From: an uncultured Methanosarcinales archaeon
GTDB taxonomy: Archaea > Nanobdellota > Nanobdellia > Woesearchaeales > JAGVZT01
DNA length: 41,927 nucleotides
NCBI GenBank assembly: GCA_964419615.1
Contig: CAYQPU010000011.1
Coordinates: 1 to 41,927 of the forward strand
Reading direction: 5' to 3'
This document shows, one piece after another, positions 35,215-41,927 of the stretch. The notes beneath the pieces are model-generated. The model was not told the DNA's origin. It did not search any database and worked only from the letters and a program-made list of their open reading frames with translations. A program made the translations under genes and the position numbers. How positions within the stretch are numbered: the first letter of the stretch is position 1; each line of letters begins with the position of its first letter.

Positions 35215-35409
35215 ATGACAGAAGAAGAAACAAAACCAGAGGAAACACAGGAACCAGAAGCTACTCCAGAAGCACCAGCTGAAGAAACAACTGAAGAATC
35301 TCCTGAAGCAACAGAAGAGGCACCTGAGGAAGAAACTACTGAAGAACCAGAAGAATCCGCAGAGGAGCCAGAAGCTACAGAAGAAGCATGTGAAGAAAAG
35401 AGTGAATAA
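35215..35409 (+). CDS. 64-aa Glu/Pro/Thr/Ala-rich low-complexity acidic protein
   Basis: SD GGAGGT, TATA TTATAAAT near 35169; EE(A/T)(P/T)E repeats. Confidence 0.75.
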   Translation: MTEEETKPEETQEPEATPEAPAEETTEESPEATEEAPEEETTEEPEESAEEPEATEEACEEKSE

Positions 35410-35412
35410 ACT

Positions 35413-35450
35413 TTTATATGGGATAAAGTAAATGCTTTATCTCCTATAAA
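35413..35450 (+). terminator. Hairpin after the acidic protein gene
   Basis: GGGATAAAGT-AAAT-GCTTTATCTC flanked by TTTATA/TATAAA. Confidence 0.45.
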
Positions 35451-35628
35451 TTCTCTAATTAATAAAAAATTTTATGTTCAAAATTTACCAGAAGTTAGAC
35501 ATCAGGACTGGGAATCAGGTATTCAAGATGTATGTCATTTCCCAAACCTCCTTCTTGTTTAATAACATTAACTTAGTATATGGGGTTGGTATCTAAAAAG
35601 ATTTGGCTAATGGTAGCCCTGTTTTAAC

Positions 35629-36093
35629 CTATTTTAGAGAGGATAATTTATTTCTGATTTCCTCAATCTCTTTTTGCTCAAGCAAAATGTTTTTGCATTT
35701 GACAAGGAAAAGAGGTGTTTTCTTTATGATAAGGTTATAGTTTTGGTCTGACACTTTTCTGTTCACATAATACTGAGAGTCTATTCTTGCTGAGAATGCT
35801 TTATCGATCAACTCAAAATCTTCGGATGAAAAATTCTCCTTCAAAAATCTTCTAATGAATTCAATAGTGCATGAGTGAATCTCGCATTTTACTCCAATTT
35901 TAGTAAGTAAAGAATAAATCCCATGATAAATCGTATAGTAAGCAGCAGTTAACTGCCAATCTTTGCTTTTTGAAGTTCTTATGGTATCCAATGCTTCCTC
36001 TGCTTTCATGAGATAAGCTTCTCTGAGATTATCACTTGGGTCGATAAGTTCAATACCTTTCTTTTGCTGCATACACCACTTTATTTGATCCAT
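35629..36093 (-). CDS. HEPN-domain protein (toxin of HEPN/MNT pair)
   Basis: YLMKAEEAL, TAAYYTIYHG, HSCTI, ARIDSQYY (Rx4Y variant); overlaps the MNT gene. Confidence 0.88.
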   Translation of the reverse strand: MDQIKWCMQQKKGIELIDPSDNLREAYLMKAEEALDTIRTSKSKDWQLTAAYYTIYHGIYSLLTKIGVKCEIHSCTIEFIRRFLKENFSSEDFELIDKAFSARIDSQYYVNRKVSDQNYNLIIKKTPLFLVKCKNILLEQKEIEEIRNKLSSLK

Positions 36094-36668
36094 TTTGTAA
36101 TACTCCTCACAAATTTTTCAGCTCCTTTGATTATAATATGATTTTCTGCAATCTCCTTGAGTAAGAAGTCATCATGCATCTCATTCTTAAAAATATTCAT
36201 GGGATAACTCTTAATATTTATATCAATTCCATACATCTTACCCACTTTGGTAATCTTTTTTTCATTATATTTTCCAACAATAAGCAAATCTAGGTCAGAA
36301 TCCGCTTTGTCCATTCCTTTAGCATAACTTCCAAATATTATCAGTATTCCTTGTATGTCTTCATCTGATTTTTCAAGGATTTCCTTGACTAGATGATTTT
36401 TCTCCATAAATTGAATTTTCTTGTACTGTTCTGTTAAAAGAAAGAATTCTCGTGAAAGAGTTGATTTTTTTATTGAGTAGCTCTTGATTTTGCCTTTGAC
36501 TTTTGATACTAAAATGCTTTTCTTTTCAAGCTTAGCTAAAGTTACAAGGGCAGTTCGTGAGCTCACATTAAGAAGCTTCTCAACTTCCCTAATATAATAT
36601 TCTTTATCATAACCCTTTGTGAACAGGCTCAAAACTTTCAGATCCATATTGTTTACTTTAGTAATCAT
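36081..36668 (-). CDS. wHTH plus minimal nucleotidyltransferase (MNT antitoxin)
   Basis: N-terminal YYIREVEKLL..SSRTAL HTH; IIFGSYAKG, DSDLDLLIVG. Confidence 0.9.
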   Translation of the reverse strand: MITKVNNMDLKVLSLFTKGYDKEYYIREVEKLLNVSSRTALVTLAKLEKKSILVSKVKGKIKSYSIKKSTLSREFFLLTEQYKKIQFMEKNHLVKEILEKSDEDIQGILIIFGSYAKGMDKADSDLDLLIVGKYNEKKITKVGKMYGIDINIKSYPMNIFKNEMHDDFLLKEIAENHIIIKGAEKFVRSITKWIK

Positions 36669-36755
36669 ATGAGTGTTAAAGTAAACAATAATATTTAAAT
36701 GTTTTGTTTTTTTTATGGAATAAAATACTATTAAAGTAATATGTTGGAGGGGTAA

Positions 36756-36774
36756 GGACGCCGGGACTGGAAGA
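36756..36774. repeat. Intergenic GC-rich repeat copy (GGACGCCGGGACTGGAAGA)
   Basis: 14-nt exact match CCGGGACTGGAAGA with 37985-37998. Confidence 0.55.
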
Positions 36775-36782
36775 TTTGCATT

Positions 36783-37022
36783 TTAGGGTAGATTCTTGAG
36801 CTTCTTTGAATCAATATGCTTTTCAACATCCTCTTTTGTAACACCAAGAAGCTGCTCATAACTACTTATCTTCAGTTTCCTGATTAGAAACCTAAAAGTA
36901 TTTGCATGCGTTCTAAATATCCACCCCATTAGCTTATTCTTGTTAATACACTTGGAACATACGCATTCCTTGCCAATAAAATCTAGCCATTGGGTCTCTT
37001 TTTTACAGATGTTGCATTTCAA
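36783..37022 (-). CDS. Small zinc-finger hypothetical protein
   Basis: CNIC...CVCSKC; probable TTG start 37022 (track extension to 37109 looks non-coding); start uncertain. Confidence 0.45.
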   Translation of the reverse strand: MKCNICKKETQWLDFIGKECVCSKCINKNKLMGWIFRTHANTFRFLIRKLKISSYEQLLGVTKEDVEKHIDSKKLKNLP

Positions 37023-37164
37023 TAATGATTCACAACAATAAATGATGATAAAGAGTTTATAAGCTTTTGGTGAAGACAAAAGCCATATCCAAGGACGTAG
37101 GCACTGCACTGCAGGTCCAAAAGAAGAAAAAGATTATTAAATAAAGAAAATTTCTAGATCCTTT

Positions 37165-37977
37165 ATGAAACCATTCTTGGATTTTCACTTGCACAGCACT
37201 GGCTCTGATGGAAAATTCACTCCAAGACAAGTTATAGATGGGGCAATTAAAAAAGGCTTAAAATTTATATGTTTTACTGACCATTATCCTACACCTCCCG
37301 ACAAAAGAGATTGGGGACAAAATTATAACTTGGATTCTTACTATGGTGAAGTCCATAAACTAAAAAAACAATACAAAAATATTCAGATATTCTACGGGGC
37401 TGAATTTGATTGGTTTGACGATTCTGATTACATTAAAGAAGAGGTTAAAAAAAGAGATTATGATTATGTACTTGGATCTGTTCACCTTATCAAAGCAGAT
37501 TGCGTAGTTGATTTTTCCTTAGAAGAAATCAAGGAAATTGCTAAAAAATTTGGAAGTATGAAAAAACTAATCCTGGAATATTATAGACAAATTAGATTAA
37601 TGGTCAAGTCAAAGGCAATTGATACAGTTGCTCACTTTGACTTAATAAAAAAATTCAACAAAGATTCTTGCTTATTTTCTGAAAAGGAAAGTTGGTATAG
37701 GGAAGAGATATTTAAAACCCTGGATACCATTAAACAATGTGGTGTCTGTATGGAAGTAAACACTTCAGGATTAAGACATCCTGTGGATGAACAGCATCCC
37801 AGCACATGGATATTAAGGGAAATAAAAATTAGAAATATTCCTATCACAATTGGTTCTGATAGCCACGGAAAATTATTTCAGAAACTAGACCAAGCATATG
37901 AAATTGTCAAAGCAGTTGGTTTTAAATCAATAGTTAGATTTGATAATAGGAAGATGATTAGAATGAATTTAGATTAA
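37165..37977 (+). CDS. PHP-family phosphatase (histidinol-phosphatase HisJ-like)
   Basis: DFHLHS, FTDH, GAEFD, LGSVH, AHFDLIK, EVNTSG, IGSDSH. Confidence 0.9.
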   Translation: MKPFLDFHLHSTGSDGKFTPRQVIDGAIKKGLKFICFTDHYPTPPDKRDWGQNYNLDSYYGEVHKLKKQYKNIQIFYGAEFDWFDDSDYIKEEVKKRDYDYVLGSVHLIKADCVVDFSLEEIKEIAKKFGSMKKLILEYYRQIRLMVKSKAIDTVAHFDLIKKFNKDSCLFSEKESWYREEIFKTLDTIKQCGVCMEVNTSGLRHPVDEQHPSTWILREIKIRNIPITIGSDSHGKLFQKLDQAYEIVKAVGFKSIVRFDNRKMIRMNLD

Positions 37978-37979
37978 AA

Positions 37980-37998
37980 AAGCACCGGGACTGGAAGA
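37980..37998. repeat. Intergenic GC-rich repeat copy (AAGCACCGGGACTGGAAGA)
   Basis: 14-nt exact match with 36761-36774. Confidence 0.55.
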
Positions 37999-38057
37999 GT
38001 GTGCTCTTTCTCTTTTTATCAAAATTATTATAAACTAGTTCTAATAAATTGTGAATC

Positions 38058-38504
38058 ATGGCGAAAGAAAGACATAAAAATATCCCAGCATGTTACTTGG
38101 TATTATTCAAGGAGAATAAAGTATTACTTTTAAGACGTTTTAATACTGGATATGAAGATGGAAAATATTCAATGATTGCAGGACATGTTGATCCTGGAGA
38201 ATCATTTTCAAAATGCATGATTAGAGAAGCGGAAGAAGAAGCAGGAATAGTTGTGAAATCTGAAGATTTAGAATTTGCTCATTTAGTGCATAGAAAATCC
38301 AAAAAGTTTGATGAAGATAGAGTTGATGTTTTCTTTGTTGCTGAAAAATGGGAAGGAGAGTTAGTGAATAAAGAGTGCCATAAGTGTGATGATCTTTCTT
38401 GGTTTGATTTGGATGATCTGCCAGAGAATATACTTCCTTATCTTAATCAAGTACTTAATGGGATTAAGAATAAAGTATTTTATAGTGAGTATGATTGGGA
38501 GTAG
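38058..38504 (+). CDS. NUDIX hydrolase
   Basis: AGHVDPGESFSKCMIREAEEEAG Nudix box; LLLRRFNTGYEDG, NKECHKCDDLSWF. Confidence 0.95.
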   Translation: MAKERHKNIPACYLVLFKENKVLLLRRFNTGYEDGKYSMIAGHVDPGESFSKCMIREAEEEAGIVVKSEDLEFAHLVHRKSKKFDEDRVDVFFVAEKWEGELVNKECHKCDDLSWFDLDDLPENILPYLNQVLNGIKNKVFYSEYDWE

Positions 38505-38680
38505 TTCGAGTTTTCTCTTTTTTCCCCTGTAATATTGTTTTTGTAAGGTGTGAAGGAATTTTAGAAGCCAGCGCTCTACTTGATTGGAAGGTCAGTGATC
38601 AGAAGAATAGCATTTGTTTTCACCCCTTGGCTGTTGAGATGCACAAACAAGAAAAAAGGTATGATTTAATGGACACACAC

Positions 38681-39538
38681 TTAACCAATTTGTTGAGAAG
38701 GTTGTATGCTCTCAAGATCTCTAATCCTTTGCTTTGCTGGCATACCTGTTCTGAATAAATGCCAAAACACCTTTTGCAGCCAACTAATCCACGCCTCATC
38801 TAAGATCTCATAAAAAATTGCTAAATCGCCTTTTAGCTCATCAGGTTCATAAAGCTTTAAATCCTTTTCCTCTCTAAATCTTGCAGCTTTATCATCAATA
38901 ATAAACCCTCTAAGTGGCTGCTCACAATGTCTTATCTCTATTGCATCATATCCAACTCGCTCATTAATAGCACATAAAGTCTTAATATTATTAAGTCCAG
39001 GCAGTTCAACTCTTGAAACAACCTTAATACTCACTTTATTCCTTGCAAGCTCCTCTGCCACATCTATTAGTTTCTTATTATTCTCACTCATATTCACCCA
39101 GGACAAGTTACCAGAAAAGTGCAGTAACTGCTTTTGGGTCCCAGACAAAAAACCAATAATATTTTGCTTATAAGACTTAGTCTTGTCAGATCTATACTCC
39201 CAAAAAGCATGACGTTTTGAATCACAAATATGCTGATAGATATCAAAAGGGCTAAACTCCTGCTTAACCCTGCCAGTTTCAATTTGCTTAAACAACCTCT
39301 CCTGTGCCTGCGATCCATGTAGCTTCTCAATGCTGTTCCAGTAACAGATTTTTAGAGAGCCTCTTGTGCCCTCCCTAAACACCTTTATTGCAATAACACC
39401 TGACTCCTCACTGATTTTCTCAACATAACGATTAGCAGTTCTCCAGTTCTTACCAATGGTAAGAGCAATCTCCTGTACAGTGCGTGGCCTTTTATAAACA
39501 TATTCCTGGATTTTTTGTTTGGTTTTTGAATCAAGCAT
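38681..39538 (-). CDS. Winged-helix transcriptional regulator with TrmB-like/PLD-like C-terminal domain
   Basis: PRTVQEIALTIGKNWRTANRYVEKI (HTH); C-terminal LHFSGNLSW and LRGFIIDDK resemble the TrmB effector domain. Confidence 0.7.
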   Translation of the reverse strand: MLDSKTKQKIQEYVYKRPRTVQEIALTIGKNWRTANRYVEKISEESGVIAIKVFREGTRGSLKICYWNSIEKLHGSQAQERLFKQIETGRVKQEFSPFDIYQHICDSKRHAFWEYRSDKTKSYKQNIIGFLSGTQKQLLHFSGNLSWVNMSENNKKLIDVAEELARNKVSIKVVSRVELPGLNNIKTLCAINERVGYDAIEIRHCEQPLRGFIIDDKAARFREEKDLKLYEPDELKGDLAIFYEILDEAWISWLQKVFWHLFRTGMPAKQRIRDLESIQPSQQIG

Positions 39539-39572
39539 GAAACCAAAGAAATCATTCTGATATTTATGGGTT

Positions 39573-39623
39573 ATTGTGTTGTATAATATTTGTTAGTAAA
39601 TATTATTTTCAATACAACACAAT
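39573..39623. promoter_or_regulatory. Nested inverted repeat between divergent genes
   Basis: ATTGTGTTGTAT (39573-39584) / ATACAACACAAT (39612-39623) and ATAATATTT (39583-39591) / AAATATTAT (39598-39606). Confidence 0.6.
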
Positions 39624-39631
39624 GTAATTGT

Positions 39632-40285
39632 ATGGAACTAGAAGATATTTTGAAAAGAATAAGTAAGCTAATGGACAACGAAGATAGAACAGACCCAGAA
39701 TTTCGGGCACTCTTAGTCATGAGTGAGTTAGGTGATGTGGTAAAATATCTAACTCATGATCCAAAACTTAATCCAGGTGCAAGACCCCATGGAAGCAGCG
39801 AGGATGAAGTGCTGGCCTATGGCCAAACCCTTGCCATGCTGTTTGCAACAATGTATCTTAGAAATATTGATCCTGAGACTGCCATGGAATTAGGTCTTAG
39901 AAATTGGGAAGATGCAGACTGGAGGAAAATCGTAGCAAAAACTGATCTGGTTGAAGGAATGGTTGCTTATCCTGGTCACGTTGAAGCTCCAGCATATGTT
40001 GTTGGTATTGGCAATCCAATCTGTAAGGTAGCTCCAGGAAACATTCTTGTTGCACGTTTTCCAAGACCAGCTGACACACCATATCTTGTGCAAAGCTCAG
40101 GGCTAGTAACAGACCAAGGCGGAACAACAAGCCATGCAGCAATAATTGCCAAGCAATACAAAATCCCCTGTATTGTGGGAACAGGCAATGCAACTCGTAA
40201 GATTGAAAATGGAGCAGAGATAATTCTAAATGCCAGAGGTGACAAAGGAAGAGTTACACTAAAAATGGGGTCTGGTGATTTGTAG
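39632..40285 (+). CDS. MazG-like helical domain fused to a PEP-utilising phosphohistidine (swivelling) domain
   Basis: N-terminal LLVMSELGDVVKYL...DEVLAYGQTLAML...NID (MazG-like); C-terminal GMVAYPG, GNILVA, LVTDQGGTTSHAAIIAKQYKIPCIVGTGNAT. Confidence 0.8.
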   Translation: MELEDILKRISKLMDNEDRTDPEFRALLVMSELGDVVKYLTHDPKLNPGARPHGSSEDEVLAYGQTLAMLFATMYLRNIDPETAMELGLRNWEDADWRKIVAKTDLVEGMVAYPGHVEAPAYVVGIGNPICKVAPGNILVARFPRPADTPYLVQSSGLVTDQGGTTSHAAIIAKQYKIPCIVGTGNATRKIENGAEIILNARGDKGRVTLKMGSGDL

Positions 40286-40364
40286 TGTACGGGAAAAACT
40301 AAAAAATATTGGATAGAACATGGGGATTGGAAGGATACTTTTGAGTACAATAATTCTTGTGTAG

Positions 40365-41540
40365 TCATTTCCTATCTTTCAAAAGCAACAATAAAAACAC
40401 AGCTGAAAACATGAGGATAGCACTTATCATATATGCTGTATTTATTGTGTACAAATCAGCAAGATAACCAACAATGGGTGCAAATATTACAATACCTAAA
40501 CGCTGTACCAAACTGTTAATAGAAAGAATTGTTGCTCGATTTTTGGATTTTACTTCAAGGTTTAGCATGTGATCAACAACAGGATTACGAAGGCCATATA
40601 CTATTGAAGGAATTGCGATTAGAACTGCAGCACTTAATCCAAATGCTTGAGTGGCCAATAACATAAAAATGGGAAAAATTAGAGCATATAGAACAAGTGT
40701 CATTTTATTTCCAATCTTTTCAGATACATCATGGGAAAAGTAATGTCCCAAAGAGGATAAGCCAAATGTTAATCCAAATATATATCCAAAGTATGTGACT
40801 GGAATATGTTTAAACTCAAAAAAGATTGATTTAAGCAGATGTGTTGATTCTCCAAATGCAAATAAGATAAAACCTGATGTGAATAGGAGTAAGATTTGCT
40901 TGTTTCTTACAATATCAGTTAATGATTTACCTATGTGTTTGACCATACTTTTATGCTCTTCTTTTTCATAGTATGGTTCTTTGAGAAAAAAAGTTAAAAA
41001 TAATGCTAAGGATAGAGGCAGTAAAGTTAACAACACAGGAAGAGATAATGAAGTTTTTGCTAAATGTCCTCCTAGGACTGAACCAATGACTGCACCAAAG
41101 GGCCATAACGCATAAGAAATTCCGATTATTCTTTTGTAATACTTTTCTTTGTTCTCTTGTTTTAGTGTGTCGTAGATTAGAGCACTAGTTGATCCACTAT
41201 TAAGACTCATTGCAAGTGCACTAAATAAAGCGTATACCCCAAACATTATCATGCTCTTTCCTATGTAAAGAAACACAACTGCAAATATTGCTGAGAAATG
41301 AGCCAGGATAATTGTCCGTTTTCTCCCAAATAAATCCGCAATTGTACCTGTGGGAACTTCAAGAAGAACAATTGCAATAGATTCTATTGAGAATATTAAA
41401 GCTACGTTAGTAACAGAAAAAAGATTTTCTTGGAAATACAGTGCAAGAATAGGCAGGAAGAATAGCATACCTCCGATAACTCCTTTTGTCCATAGTATCA
41501 AGATATTCTTGCTTTTGATTCCACTTTTTCTGAGTAACAT
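40365..41540 (-). CDS. MFS transporter
   Basis: EVPTGTIADLFGRKRT (motif A), SGSTSALIYD, about 12 TM segments. Confidence 0.93.
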   Translation of the reverse strand: MLLRKSGIKSKNILILWTKGVIGGMLFFLPILALYFQENLFSVTNVALIFSIESIAIVLLEVPTGTIADLFGRKRTIILAHFSAIFAVVFLYIGKSMIMFGVYALFSALAMSLNSGSTSALIYDTLKQENKEKYYKRIIGISYALWPFGAVIGSVLGGHLAKTSLSLPVLLTLLPLSLALFLTFFLKEPYYEKEEHKSMVKHIGKSLTDIVRNKQILLLFTSGFILFAFGESTHLLKSIFFEFKHIPVTYFGYIFGLTFGLSSLGHYFSHDVSEKIGNKMTLVLYALIFPIFMLLATQAFGLSAAVLIAIPSIVYGLRNPVVDHMLNLEVKSKNRATILSINSLVQRLGIVIFAPIVGYLADLYTINTAYMISAILMFSAVFLLLLLKDRK

Positions 41541-41585
41541 AACAACCTCTGAGGAGGAGTGAGATATATAAAGTTATTGTGAATA

Positions 41586-41601
41586 GAACGCTGGGACTGT
41601 T
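41586..41601. repeat. Intergenic GC-rich repeat copy (GAACGCTGGGACTGTT)
   Basis: Matches copy 1 over GAAC.CTGGGACTG; same orientation. Confidence 0.4.
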
Positions 41602-41615
41602 CCTTAATACATGAA

Positions 41616-41927
41616 TTAAATTTTTCTGGCTAGTATTGAAAATCCCCCAGAGATGTACAATAAAGAATGACCGTAACTTCCAGGTTTGTCATCCTTACCT
41701 TGGTAAAGACCTTGGGGCATTTCCTCCACATGTTCAATTACAAATCCGCACTCAATTAATCCATTAAAAGCTTCACTTAGATAGTGACGATATTCAATGA
41801 CTTTTTCACTTTCTGATCTTTGTTTCTCTTTTACTGCATATGGTACTGTAATAGGATATCCTTTTCCATCCCATGATGATTCATCGATGAACTGAGATTG
41901 TGGATTTTGTGCGTCTACACGATATAA
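41616..41927 (-). CDS. C-terminal part of a probable class I SAM methyltransferase (5'-partial)
   Basis: Open frame from the window end to TAA 41616: ...WDGKGYPITVPY...IEYRHYLSEAFNGLIECGFVIEHVEE...FSILARKI; SAM-binding motif is outside the window. Confidence 0.55.
   Translation of the reverse strand, partial: LYRVDAQNPQSQFIDESSWDGKGYPITVPYAVKEKQRSESEKVIEYRHYLSEAFNGLIECGFVIEHVEEMPQGLYQGKDDKPGSYGHSLLYISGGFSILARKI

Noticed and set aside
5322-38613. UGA recoding as the explanation for SD-led micro-ORFs ending in TGA
   Set aside because: Clear full-length genes also end in TGA (3428, 14314, 21313, 32637), and read-through of the micro-ORFs gives nothing meaningful.
1205-41562. The many 60-170 aa track ORFs nested in or antisense to longer genes (e.g. 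1205, 1635, 1894, 6443, 7554, 7968, 9563, 9997, 13702, 15864, 16122, 20343, 24695, 25944, 38495, 39094, 39897, 39976, 41350)
   Set aside because: They fully overlap well-supported genes, lack SD or promoter support and have no recognisable motifs.
35094-41601. GGGACTGGAA repeats as a CRISPR array
   Set aside because: Copies are 0.4-3.6 kb apart, short and separated by whole genes; no cas genes.

Overview
AT-rich (by eye about 30-35% GC), densely coding window that looks archaeal: BRE/TATA promoters, GGAGGTG Shine-Dalgarno sites, a C1:G72 tRNA-Tyr with splicing-endonuclease-type introns, a COG1361 S-layer-like protein and a HEPN/MNT pair. It also carries many bacterial-type genes (PPDK, cold-shock protein, RsuA/RluB-type pseudouridine synthase, YgiQ radical SAM, PlsC-like acyltransferase). 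This mix fits a DPANN archaeon such as Woesearchaeota (inference only). No integrase, transposase or CRISPR array was seen. Most interesting: (1) a conserved palindrome (core ACT-N4-AGT, extended TTTTAYCACT-N4-AGTGRTAAAA) 16-18 bp upstream of the TATA box of five scattered genes, four of unknown function, i.e. a candidate regulon, possibly of the TrmB-like regulator in the window; (2) an orphan ~153-nt structured RNA next to tRNA-Tyr; (3) a MazG-like domain fused to a phosphohistidine swivelling domain, divergent from that regulator; (4) a tRNA-Tyr with two introns; (5) a 14-codon gene with its own promoter, SD and terminator; (6) a tandem CinA/PncC pseudo-dimer; (7) a 752-aa ORF that looks chimeric; (8) a co-oriented GC-rich intergenic repeat found five times between 35 and 41.6 kb. 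All calls are by eye from the sequence; no database searches were run.
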